A stretch of DNA of 64,000 nt from a virus, in IMG/VR virus record IMGVR_UViG_3300045988_135886; one strand, written 5' to 3'. The notes under the pieces were generated by a model. That model was not told where the DNA came from. It saw only the letters and a list, made by a program, of their open reading frames with translations, and ran no database searches. The translations under genes and the position numbers were made by a program. Below are positions 51,327-60,279 of this stretch, piece after piece (position 1 is the first letter of the stretch; every line of letters begins with the position of its first letter).

Positions 51327-52076
51327 TTATTTGCCTTTCTTTGCTTTCAGTTCCTGCAGCTTTTTATCAATTTCATCATCTTTCATTTTCTTATCCAGAC
51401 GCTGTTTCTGTACAGTAGTAGAACTTTCATAAGCGATCCTAGCTCCATCAGCAGCTTCTTTCTGCTTTTTAACTCCGTCACGTACTTTCTCTAACATCTT
51501 TTCCTCTTCGCTGGAACATACTCCTGGCGTTACATTAAAAGCTTTTGATGCCTGAGCAGTCTCCAAAGTTAAAACAGCACTTTCTTTTTCTGCTTTTAAA
51601 TCATTAAGTTGCTGCTGTAATACTTCTACTTTTTCTTTCTGTACATCAGCATTTTCTTTCCATTCTTTTAATGTATTTTTAATAAAATCAATCTTATCAT
51701 TCAGCTCCTGTTGTTCTTTTAAGTAGACTTTTGCCGCTTCGTCATCTCCTCGATCCACACAAGCATTTACATTTACATCTGCTTTCATGGCATCTTTCTT
51801 CAAATGGAACAAATCATCTTCATAATTAGAAATCTTACCAAGCATCTGCTGATATCTTACATTTTCCTGCTGAAGTTCATCTTCTTTCTTCTCAATAGCG
51901 GCATTATAATATGCTTTAGCTCCTTCAGGTGTAGACGCATCTTTCTGAATCGCTTCGTTTGCCGTGCCAGATGCTCTTATCCTTACTCTTTTTCCAATTT
52001 TACTATTAAAAAAGAAACAAAGTCCTACGAGTACTAAAATAACAATTATAATAATTGCTCCAGCTGTAATATTCAT
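51327..52076 (-). CDS. PspA/IM30-like coiled-coil protein with an N-terminal TM helix
   Basis: N-terminal 'AGAIIIIVILVLVGLCFFF', then a long heptad-rich helix with PspA-like segments ('..CVDRGDDEAAKVYLKEQQELNDKI..', '..QQQLNDLKAEKESAVLTLETAQASKAF'). Confidence 0.45.
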   Translation of the reverse strand: MNITAGAIIIIVILVLVGLCFFFNSKIGKRVRIRASGTANEAIQKDASTPEGAKAYYNAAIEKKEDELQQENVRYQQMLGKISNYEDDLFHLKKDAMKADVNVNACVDRGDDEAAKVYLKEQQELNDKIDFIKNTLKEWKENADVQKEKVEVLQQQLNDLKAEKESAVLTLETAQASKAFNVTPGVCSSEEEKMLEKVRDGVKKQKEAADGARIAYESSTTVQKQRLDKKMKDDEIDKKLQELKAKKGK

Positions 52077-52714
52077 TAGTCTCTCCCCTCATCAATATCA
52101 AGCCCAAAGTTTTTAAACAGTTCTGTCATACCTCCTACATAACCGGAACCTAATGCCTGGAATTTGAATCCATCTCCGTAACGGTATAATTTACCCATTT
52201 CTACTGCATTCAATTTTTCAAAGTTTTCATTCTCAGACAGATCATATTCATACTTATCACCATCTGGATTGTCGTAATCACAAATTGTCATAATTGCATT
52301 GGAGACCATTCCAAAATTCTGCATACGCTGTAAGGCCCTAAAAATTGTTAAGCAGATAGTAAATTCTGTTTTATCTTTCGGGAAAGTATCAGCATGCACA
52401 ATGAAATATTCGTCATAATGCTTTCCATTGAAAATCATTCCCTGAGAATCATCACCAGTTTTATTGTCTCCTGAATAGTCTACCCAAGGATATGCAGAAC
52501 CATCTTCATAGGTTTTATAGTTTACTAAATCTTCTGGATACACTACTTTACGACTTGAATCTGTTAAAAATCCATTGATATCAAAGTCAATGTCTGCTTC
52601 ACCAGCATAACGGTTCTGATCCCAATTGACTCCAATAAAGAAATTCTTAATGCCTGTACCATCTTCTTTTACCATACTAATTTTCTGATTTTTGCTCATG
52701 TTGATTACTGCCAT
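52076..52714 (-). CDS. TerD-family (tellurium-resistance/stress, Ca2+-binding fold) protein
   Basis: 'FFIGVNWD', 'DIDFDINGFL' and 'SGDNKTGDDSQG' correspond to the TerD signature (..GLGWD.., ..DLD.., ..GDN.TG.G.GD). Confidence 0.75.
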   Translation of the reverse strand: MAVINMSKNQKISMVKEDGTGIKNFFIGVNWDQNRYAGEADIDFDINGFLTDSSRKVVYPEDLVNYKTYEDGSAYPWVDYSGDNKTGDDSQGMIFNGKHYDEYFIVHADTFPKDKTEFTICLTIFRALQRMQNFGMVSNAIMTICDYDNPDGDKYEYDLSENENFEKLNAVEMGKLYRYGDGFKFQALGSGYVGGMTELFKNFGLDIDEGRD

Positions 52715-52731
52715 ATTTCTTTATCTCCTTT

Positions 52732-53499
52732 TTATTTATTATTCAGCCAGTCTTTATACTGACGAAGAATCTCTGTATATAACTGTTCATCAGACATTTT
52801 ATTCATGTCTTTTACTGCTGTAAAACCAGTGTTATCATGTTTTCTACCTTTCATATCATCAAGAGATTTTAAATAGTCAAAATCTTCATCTCCAATTCCT
52901 ATGAACTGCACGAAGATGTTGTACTCTGAAAGCTCTTTAATAACTGCATTGGTGGCAAAAGTATCACTGTTCTCACCATCTGTAATAAAAATGATAAATG
53001 CTGGAATCTCACTTGGCTCAATATCTTTATAATATGTAACCATTTCTTTCAATACAGGAGCATAATTAGTACCACCCATATACATATGAGCTTTTTTCAT
53101 AACATTTTTAACATAACTACTATAATTATCAGCGTTAGCAGCTTTTAAGCGCTCTGCTCCATTTGAGAACAGCCAACTCTCAAGTTCTCCATTATCGTCA
53201 AATCTTAGAGCAATAGGCAACAAACGAGAAATGGTTTCCTGTACAGATCCATTATCATACAGCCAATCCATACTTCCTGAATAATCCATTGCAAGAGCTA
53301 CTCTAGCCGTATGTTTTGTCATATCAATCTTGCTTCCCTTAGACATATCAATAAGTACTTTGCCAAGATTTTCATTGTGCTTAGACATATCAATTGTCTG
53401 TAACTTTTCTTCATATACAGGTTGCTGAGTTACAGCAGAAGATAACTCTACTGCTGCTTCCTCATCTTTTTTTCCGAATAATTTTCCCAAAAATCCCAT
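52732..53499 (-). CDS. vWA-domain protein of the TerF-C-terminal/TerY type
   Basis: MIDAS motif 'ALAMDYSGSM', 'GGTNYAPVL' and 'AFIIFITDGEN'. Adjacent to TerD. Confidence 0.65.
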   Translation of the reverse strand: MGFLGKLFGKKDEEAAVELSSAVTQQPVYEEKLQTIDMSKHNENLGKVLIDMSKGSKIDMTKHTARVALAMDYSGSMDWLYDNGSVQETISRLLPIALRFDDNGELESWLFSNGAERLKAANADNYSSYVKNVMKKAHMYMGGTNYAPVLKEMVTYYKDIEPSEIPAFIIFITDGENSDTFATNAVIKELSEYNIFVQFIGIGDEDFDYLKSLDDMKGRKHDNTGFTAVKDMNKMSDEQLYTEILRQYKDWLNNK

Positions 53500-53500
53500 T

Positions 53501-56122
53501 TTAGTTACTTCCTTTCTTACAAATTGCTTTTCTAATCCAATCTACAGGCACAACCATAAATGCTGTCACTAAGACTACAATCCACTGTTTAGCATCCATT
53601 GGAGTTGTCTGTACTAGATTTCCTACAAAGTTACACAAAACTACAGTCATTGCAAAAATACCCAATGCGATATACACAAATAATTTGTTATTTTTAATTC
53701 CTTTGAAAAGATTCATACTATCTGTTCTAATAGTGAATCCATTAAATACTGCCATTAGACACAATAAAGCGAATCTCGCTGTCATAGCCGAAAGTTTTGT
53801 TGTAAACATATTTCCAACTGGACCAAATGTAATTACACCAAATAAAGCAATAAATACAATTGAACTTAATGCAATTCTCCCTTTCGCTCCACGGATAAAT
53901 AATCCGGATCCTTTCATGATAGGCTCTTCATTCATATATTCCTCTTTTGGCGGTTCTCCACCAAAGCTTAATGAGTTAAGTGAATCCATGATGATATTTA
54001 CAATAAGGATCTGAACTGCTGCTAATAGAGCAGAGCCACCAGAAATAATTGGAAATACCATACTTAAGATCAACAACGAAATATTGATAGGTAGCTGGAA
54101 TTCAAGGAACATCATAATGTTATGCATAAATGTTCTACCAAGTTCGACTGCCTTTACCACACTTGCAAAATTATTGTCTGTCAAAACAATATCTGCTGCT
54201 TCTTTTGCTACATCAGATCCGTCTTGCATTCCAAAGCCTACATCTGCTTTCTTTAGTGCAGGAGCATCGTTCACACCGTCTCCGGTCATTGCCACAGACA
54301 TTCCAATTTCTTGCGCTAATGTTACAAGACGAAGCTTCGTATTCGGTGAGCATCTGGAAATTACTCTTAACTGTGGAATAATTTCTTTTACTTTTACATC
54401 TGACATTGCCTCAAACTCATCATTGGTAACTGCTAAGTCTCCAGGCTTATAAATGCCAGCTTCCATAGCAACAGCCTTAGCAGTCTCCATACAGTCACCA
54501 GTAATTTCAATTACCTGAATTCCAGCTTTATGAGCAATTTTTACTGCTTCTGGAACTTCATTCCTAACCGGGTCAACAACTCCAATGACTCCAAGGAGAT
54601 TCATTTCATCGGGGAGACCATCATCAGTTTTATCTGAGATAGTCAATGCAATACATCTCATTGCCTTCTCTGTCAATCCCTTAATATGGCTCTTTAAAGC
54701 TTTTCTTTTTTCTTCTGTCAGCTCAGTTGCAATGCCATCATTATCAAGATAAAATTTACACTTCTCAATTAATTTCTCTGGTGCGCCTTTATAAACAGTA
54801 AAATCATTTGCTCCATTATTTAAAGTAACTGCAGAGAATTTATTTTCACTACTAAATGGAACACGTTTTTTCATGATAGCTTTATTCTGTATTTTTTGTG
54901 CATCTTCAGGAGAAAGCATATCAAGCACTGCTCGATCAATTGAATTGCCACCAGTGATATTCCCATTAGAATCAAACACTGCACTATTATTCATACAAAT
55001 GTTTAAATCAATTAGCTCGTTGAGCGGACTTTCCTTATTAAAAATATCCTGACAGTTACCGTTAATCATAACTGTAGAAGTCATTTCACCTGTTGTGAGA
55101 GTTCCTGTCTTATCCGTACAAATTAAATTAACATATGCCAATTCAGGAATTTTACCAGTATTCTTCGCAAGAATATTGAATTTTTCCATTGTCGATACAT
55201 TCTGTTTAGTTACAAGTTTTACAATGAGTGGCAGACCTTCCGGTACAGCCGCAACAATAATTGTTAATGCATTTGAGATATTCTGTGCTACTTTCTGAAT
55301 ATTTTCAAGAATGTTTCCTGAGAAATACTGACTTAAACTTCCAGCATTTAAGATACCTGTAATTGTCATAATTACAAATGCTAATACTGCCGCAATTGTT
55401 CCCCATTTTGAAATAAAATCACACAAATGATCCAGAGCAATATCAAGAGCTGTCTTAGGAGGCTCTAAAGTCTGCATTTTGACAAGAGTATCACCGTTAA
55501 CTGTATTAACACCAACATCTGTAACAATCATTTTTCCTTCACCAGACATAATAACTGTTCCTGCAAAGAGCGAACACTGATCCGTATATGCAGCAGTAGA
55601 TGTTGTTTTAACATGCTTATAATTAGCACTAGGAATTTTTCTACATTCTTTTGTCTCTCCATTGATAGCGGCATTATTAACAGAAATTTCTCCTTCAACA
55701 ATAAAACCATCTGCAAAAATCTCTTGTCCAGTTCTCAATAAAACTAAATCACCTACTACCAGATCATCTTTATTAATTGTCTGTACGCTTCCATCTCGAA
55801 CAACATCACAATATCTAACTGCCGTTTTTGCTCTTAACTCTGCTGCAGATTTCTGTATTCCTAGACCTGTCTTAACAGCAATTTCAGTAACAATAGCTAA
55901 AACTACTATAATCATTACAGGTTCAGAAAGAGCCATTACTCCCATAGCTCCTAGAACTAACTGGAATAAAGCAATTATTATTAGAATCATAGTAATTGGC
56001 TCAGTTAATGCTTCCTTAGCAAAATGATACCATTTTTTCAATTCAGGTTCCGGAAGCTTATTACTTCCATATGTAGTCCTACTAACCCCTACTTCGCTAC
56101 TTTTTAATCCATTAAAATTCAT
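53501..56122 (-). CDS. P-type cation-transporting ATPase (type IIA, Ca2+-ATPase-like)
   Basis: 'ICTDKTGTLT' (phosphorylation site), 'PEGLPLIV' (the TM4 motif of Ca2+ pumps), 'TGDGVNDAPALKKADVG', and an N-terminal cation-ATPase-N-like segment. Confidence 0.8.
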   Translation of the reverse strand: MNFNGLKSSEVGVSRTTYGSNKLPEPELKKWYHFAKEALTEPITMILIIIALFQLVLGAMGVMALSEPVMIIVVLAIVTEIAVKTGLGIQKSAAELRAKTAVRYCDVVRDGSVQTINKDDLVVGDLVLLRTGQEIFADGFIVEGEISVNNAAINGETKECRKIPSANYKHVKTTSTAAYTDQCSLFAGTVIMSGEGKMIVTDVGVNTVNGDTLVKMQTLEPPKTALDIALDHLCDFISKWGTIAAVLAFVIMTITGILNAGSLSQYFSGNILENIQKVAQNISNALTIIVAAVPEGLPLIVKLVTKQNVSTMEKFNILAKNTGKIPELAYVNLICTDKTGTLTTGEMTSTVMINGNCQDIFNKESPLNELIDLNICMNNSAVFDSNGNITGGNSIDRAVLDMLSPEDAQKIQNKAIMKKRVPFSSENKFSAVTLNNGANDFTVYKGAPEKLIEKCKFYLDNDGIATELTEEKRKALKSHIKGLTEKAMRCIALTISDKTDDGLPDEMNLLGVIGVVDPVRNEVPEAVKIAHKAGIQVIEITGDCMETAKAVAMEAGIYKPGDLAVTNDEFEAMSDVKVKEIIPQLRVISRCSPNTKLRLVTLAQEIGMSVAMTGDGVNDAPALKKADVGFGMQDGSDVAKEAADIVLTDNNFASVVKAVELGRTFMHNIMMFLEFQLPINISLLILSMVFPIISGGSALLAAVQILIVNIIMDSLNSLSFGGEPPKEEYMNEEPIMKGSGLFIRGAKGRIALSSIVFIALFGVITFGPVGNMFTTKLSAMTARFALLCLMAVFNGFTIRTDSMNLFKGIKNNKLFVYIALGIFAMTVVLCNFVGNLVQTTPMDAKQWIVVLVTAFMVVPVDWIRKAICKKGSN

Positions 56123-56124
56123 TC

Positions 56125-57159
56125 TTAAATCTCTCCTAATACAATTCTTTCATTGACAGACATTACAAACTCTTCTATAGCTTTATAATTTGGTTTATCA
56201 GGCAATGAGGTATTCTTTGAATCATACTCAAGTCTTTTCTCTAACTCGTTTACCATTTCAAAAAATTCTGGGATAGGCTGACTGTTTGCATCCAAATATT
56301 CTCCATTACGTAGAGCCATAAGAAGCTCATGATCATCTTCTCTATATGTAATAATTTTGCCTTTTTCAAGAATATCAAAACACATAAGATACAATCTCAC
56401 TAAATGGCACATATGCTTTCCTAGCTTATTATGTTCTATGGCATGTCTGTTTCTTTTTCCAACTTTAGAGTAATCCTTAACAATATTTTTCATTTCAGCC
56501 CACATCCCCTGATAATCATTCAAAGGATAGTGCTTCAACTGGATATCCATAAATACTTCTGTTTCATAATCTTCCTGAATACCTTTATCTACATAAAGCT
56601 TTATTGCATCTTCTGGAAAATTGAAATACTTTTCAGGGAAAGTATAAAAAGCATTCATAATACTATTAAGAACATGCTGCATTCTTTCTTCTTGCCCTAG
56701 CTTTCTAGCAGCTTTATTATCAAGCCTTCTTAGCTGGCTTGTAGCATAGCCTCCAAAAGAATAGATCGCTTTCTTAGATAAAAACATTTCAGCATTATCA
56801 AGAAGTTCTTGACCAATTGGATGAATATAAAGATAATGTTCCGGCTTCAATCCTATCAGCTCAATTGTGTTTGGGTTGCAGTTTGACAATAGAGTTATCA
56901 ATTTATTAAAAGAATAGATTGTTGTATCTGTTGTTTCTTCCGTTACCTGATCAAAATTATGTGTAGGAATCAGGATTTCTTCTCTTTTATTTAAAGCACA
57001 ACCCCTAATATCCAGATCGGAGCTTTCTGTATCTGTACCATAAGCATGAGACCCACCTAAGCCTAATAGAATTATGTTGCTCCCCAGGTGCTCGTCCGCT
57101 CTTAAGAAATCATAATGTTCACTTTTCAACAACTTCTTGATTTTCTCTATCTTCATCAA
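56125..57159 (-). CDS. Pol-beta-superfamily nucleotidyltransferase (RlaP-like?)
   Basis: 'LGLGGSHAYGTDTESSDLDIRG' is the GS...DxD minimal nucleotidyltransferase motif, followed by a ~250-aa helical C-terminal region. Confidence 0.55.
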   Translation of the reverse strand: MMKIEKIKKLLKSEHYDFLRADEHLGSNIILLGLGGSHAYGTDTESSDLDIRGCALNKREEILIPTHNFDQVTEETTDTTIYSFNKLITLLSNCNPNTIELIGLKPEHYLYIHPIGQELLDNAEMFLSKKAIYSFGGYATSQLRRLDNKAARKLGQEERMQHVLNSIMNAFYTFPEKYFNFPEDAIKLYVDKGIQEDYETEVFMDIQLKHYPLNDYQGMWAEMKNIVKDYSKVGKRNRHAIEHNKLGKHMCHLVRLYLMCFDILEKGKIITYREDDHELLMALRNGEYLDANSQPIPEFFEMVNELEKRLEYDSKNTSLPDKPNYKAIEEFVMSVNERIVLGEI

Positions 57160-57637
57160 TTTCTCCTGTTGAATAATAATAATTTACTATATCGTCTAAG
57201 TTCCTTATCTCTTTTTCTAACTCTGCACACTTTTTCTTGCTATCACATGCCCATAACTGTTTTCGTAGCTTCGTTGCAACCTCAGATACCTTTTCTGCTT
57301 CTTCTGTTTTATCAATGGTTTCTATGACATCAACTTCAATTGGTTCTCCGCAAAATGGACAGAATTTAAGAGGGTAATAATAGTCTTCAGGCCATGTATC
57401 TTCCCAGTCTTGGACTTCTTCGCTTACGTAAAAGAAAATTCCAAAAGTTTCATCAGTTTTATAGTCACAACCATGGCATTCTATAGTTTCACAAGTTCTA
57501 CATAAATAGTTATCAGGATATTCATTAGAAATAACTATCCTAGGATTCTCTTCCAATGCTTTGCAACAGAATTTAGGTTTATAATATTTATAAGATGTGC
57601 TCCTATCTACAATTATTTGCTTTGCTTTTATTTCCAT
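57119..57637 (-). CDS. Cys-rich (Zn-binding-like) protein
   Basis: 'FCCKAL', 'CRTCETIECHGCDYK' and 'CPFCGEPIEV' cysteine pairs, with a coiled-coil tail. Confidence 0.4.
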   Translation of the reverse strand: MEIKAKQIIVDRSTSYKYYKPKFCCKALEENPRIVISNEYPDNYLCRTCETIECHGCDYKTDETFGIFFYVSEEVQDWEDTWPEDYYYPLKFCPFCGEPIEVDVIETIDKTEEAEKVSEVATKLRKQLWACDSKKKCAELEKEIRNLDDIVNYYYSTGEIDEDRENQEVVEK

Positions 57638-57646
57638 GTTTACACC

Positions 57647-58030
57647 TCAGATAATCTGTAAGTTTTCATCACCAATAAGCCATGCAGAATCTAAAATAAA
57701 ATTTTCATATGGATCACCATTGTCATTCCAGAACTCATCCGATCCAACCTCCCAATCGCCCAATGTTCCAGCATTAAAGTTACCGTATAAATAATCTGCC
57801 ACATATTCTAAAAACGCATCTGCAGCCTTATCATAATCTTCTTTTCTTATTAACTCTTCTACATCCGGCTCAAGATCAATCCATTTATGCTGTTCAATCA
57901 AAAAAGATTTAGCGTTGTCTCTTACTTTCAGCAGTGAGTTTTTAATGTCTGTCAATGTTGCATCTTTCTTTTTTGCAATGATATAACTTGAAGACGAACT
58001 ATTAGTAACAAATCCTCTTCTTATTTTCAT
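57647..58030 (-). CDS. 'GFVTNSSSSS' N-terminal-motif protein, paralogue A
   Basis: Begins 'MKIRRGFVTNSSSSSYIIAKKK'. The acidic/aromatic C-terminal half has diverged from the neighbouring paralogue. Confidence 0.45.
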   Translation of the reverse strand: MKIRRGFVTNSSSSSYIIAKKKDATLTDIKNSLLKVRDNAKSFLIEQHKWIDLEPDVEELIRKEDYDKAADAFLEYVADYLYGNFNAGTLGDWEVGSDEFWNDNGDPYENFILDSAWLIGDENLQII

Positions 58031-58425
58031 TAACCATCTCTCCCTTCTCCTTCAGCAACTTCTATATCAGCAAATCCATTTACTTCCGTAATAGCATCTA
58101 TTGCTTCATTCATAGAGAAATCATAATCATATACAGCATCACCCCATTCATCATAATAAGCATCGTTCCTGTCCTCAATTACGATATATTCTCCATCAGG
58201 GTGCTTTTCTAAAATGTCATCAACTCCATAAATGACCGCTCCGCACCAACTAGCACCAAGCTCACCGGACCAGTTTCTTTCATCATTTACACCAGTGACA
58301 TCTAATACATCAAGATTGAACTGATCAATTATCTTCTGAGCTTTTTCTTTGTCAGCAATCCTTGCAAAGCAAATAATGAAACTGCTAGAGCTTGAATTAG
58401 TAACAAATCCTTTCCGTATTTTCAT
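58030..58425 (-). CDS. 'GFVTNSSSSS' N-terminal-motif protein, paralogue B
   Basis: Begins 'MKIRKGFVTNSSSSSFIICFARIAD'. 1-nt overlap with paralogue A. Confidence 0.45.
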   Translation of the reverse strand: MKIRKGFVTNSSSSSFIICFARIADKEKAQKIIDQFNLDVLDVTGVNDERNWSGELGASWCGAVIYGVDDILEKHPDGEYIVIEDRNDAYYDEWGDAVYDYDFSMNEAIDAITEVNGFADIEVAEGEGRDG

Positions 58426-58437
58426 GAGCCCTCCTTT

Positions 58438-58626
58438 CTAGTGGCTCTCGCCACTAGATTTCTTATTCCACTTAGGTTTATCGACTTTTATTTTATTTAC
58501 ATGTTTAGAGAATGCAAGTGACTTCTTAGACTGCTTCATTCCATGTTTAACCATCCTAGTATGTTTCTTTCCATTTTTATCTACTTTTGTCTCATACTCT
58601 TTGTTCCAGGAATTCTTTGATCTCAT
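58438..58626 (-). CDS. Very basic small protein (Lys-rich)
   Basis: 'MRSKNSWNKEYETKVDKNGKKHTRMVKHGMKQSKKSLAFSKHVNKIKVDKPKWNKK'. Possible nucleic-acid binder. No motif. Confidence 0.35.
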   Translation of the reverse strand: MRSKNSWNKEYETKVDKNGKKHTRMVKHGMKQSKKSLAFSKHVNKIKVDKPKWNKKSSGESH

Positions 58627-58627
58627 A

Positions 58628-59776
58628 TTACATGTCCTCCATTGAATAAATTACTCTTTCTAAACTTCTTTTTGATTTGAAACACTTCTTAAGTAAACAC
58701 CACATAATGGCTTTTTCAGTATCATCTTCGTCTTCCCAATCATTTAAGACTACAGAAGTCTGTGTTCCATCTTTGAATCCTACAGTAGTTCTAATTTTCC
58801 CTGTAGCAATATCTTTTGTTCTTCCTACAAATGAAATATCATCTTTAGACAATGTTTTATAAACACGTTTATCAAAATCATCTTTAGATATAATGTATAC
58901 ATCAACGCCTAAAGCCTCTTTAATTTGACGTTCACAGCTCCTAAACTCTTTATCGAGTGCATGCTTATGATTAATAGTTTCTTGAGCCTTCTCTAAAGCT
59001 ACAGCAATATCTTCTGGTGAGCAACAATATGTCATATTATTATCCTCCTTGTAATTGAAATACGGCATTGGTTTCATTTTAAACTTATTTTTTGTATGTA
59101 AACGATCAATCCGTCTTTTAATTTCCGGATCATCGCAAATACCTGTACGAATATATCTATCTAATACTGCATAGGTAAATCCGAAGTTATCTTCATCTGA
59201 TTTACCGCATAACCCATCTGATGGTGTTTTCTCTACATATTTTTTAGGTAATCCTAAGTAATAACCGATTCTTTTTACTTCACTCTTTGTGAACTGTGCC
59301 AATGGAGCAAAGTCTCCTGCTGAGTCACCATATCTAGTGGAGTATCCGATGTAATCCTCACTAAGGTTACATGTATTAACCACTCTTCCATTGTGTGACT
59401 GCGATACCCCGTATAGAGTGGCCATTCTTAGTCTAGGAGCGAGATTAATTAATGTCTGATCTGTTACATTAAATGCAGCATCAATTTGATCAATAATATC
59501 ATCATAAGCTGATCCAATATTAATAGTAAGATAATCAATGTTTAATACATGCTGGCAAATATCATAAGCCACACAAATATCATCCTGTTTATAATTTGGC
59601 ATAATTACTCCAAGAACCTTGTCAGCTCCAATAGCTTCTACACATAACTCAGCAGCCACTAAAGAATCAACACCACCGGAGATACCTACTATAAAATTAC
59701 ATCCTGGGCCGTTCTCTTCTCTCCAATCTCTAATCCACTGAATACAATCATTTGTTGCTTTTTCTACATTAAACAT
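58628..59776 (-). CDS. nadE: NH3-dependent NAD+ synthetase (NadE-like) fused in frame to a ~135-aa C-terminal domain
   Basis: PP-loop 'GISGGVDS', 'APRLRMATLYG' and 'TPSDGL' match NadE. An internal AAGGAGG + ATG (59035) precedes the extra C-terminal domain. Confidence 0.7.
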   Translation of the reverse strand: MFNVEKATNDCIQWIRDWREENGPGCNFIVGISGGVDSLVAAELCVEAIGADKVLGVIMPNYKQDDICVAYDICQHVLNIDYLTINIGSAYDDIIDQIDAAFNVTDQTLINLAPRLRMATLYGVSQSHNGRVVNTCNLSEDYIGYSTRYGDSAGDFAPLAQFTKSEVKRIGYYLGLPKKYVEKTPSDGLCGKSDEDNFGFTYAVLDRYIRTGICDDPEIKRRIDRLHTKNKFKMKPMPYFNYKEDNNMTYCCSPEDIAVALEKAQETINHKHALDKEFRSCERQIKEALGVDVYIISKDDFDKRVYKTLSKDDISFVGRTKDIATGKIRTTVGFKDGTQTSVVLNDWEDEDDTEKAIMWCLLKKCFKSKRSLERVIYSMEDM

Positions 59777-60269
59777 TCTGCTCCTCCAATTTCCACAATT
59801 CTACTTTAAAACTACTTAATTCTTCTTCTATAATCTTATAAACCACTTCCCAGTCTGCTCCTCCTCTTCCGCAGCCTATTTTGTATGGGAGTGCAATGGT
59901 TGTCTTATGAGGCCTGTTATCAGCATCAAACCAATAAACAGGTATTTGTTGTTGAATGAAATTTAATCCTTCTCGAAAAGCTTTAACATCAGTATATTGT
60001 TTCCCATCATATTCGTATTTATCTTGTGCAAATAAGGATAATATTCCTTGATTTTTCCTTCTGATAAAGTATTCGTCATATGTTCCAAGAAGTAATTCTG
60101 GATTAAACTCACGTAATTTACAGACGTTTCTATAATGTATATAAATACCTTCGTCATAATCTCTTAATGCTTTAGCAACTCCAGTATTCATTTTTCCTTG
60201 GCAATTAACTTGATGAATTATATAGTCGGTCTGCGCATCTACAATGTTACCTTCAATAATTTTAATCAT
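59769..60269 (-). CDS. Macro-domain protein (ADP-ribose binding/hydrolase fold)
   Basis: From ATG 60269: 'MIKIIEGNIVDAQTDYIIHQVNCQGKMNTGVAKAL' and '..LPYKIGCGRGGADW' are typical macro-domain segments. Confidence 0.65.
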   Translation of the reverse strand: MIKIIEGNIVDAQTDYIIHQVNCQGKMNTGVAKALRDYDEGIYIHYRNVCKLREFNPELLLGTYDEYFIRRKNQGILSLFAQDKYEYDGKQYTDVKAFREGLNFIQQQIPVYWFDADNRPHKTTIALPYKIGCGRGGADWEVVYKIIEEELSSFKVELWKLEEQNV

Positions 60270-60279
60270 AAATCTTTTC

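Noticed and set aside
53685-56027. + strand ORFs inside the P-type ATPase gene (53685-54014, 54084-54452, 54130-54381, 55095-55298, 55662-56027).
   Set aside because: They are antisense to a gene with unambiguous P-type ATPase motifs along its full length. They have no SD sequences and give compositionally odd translations.
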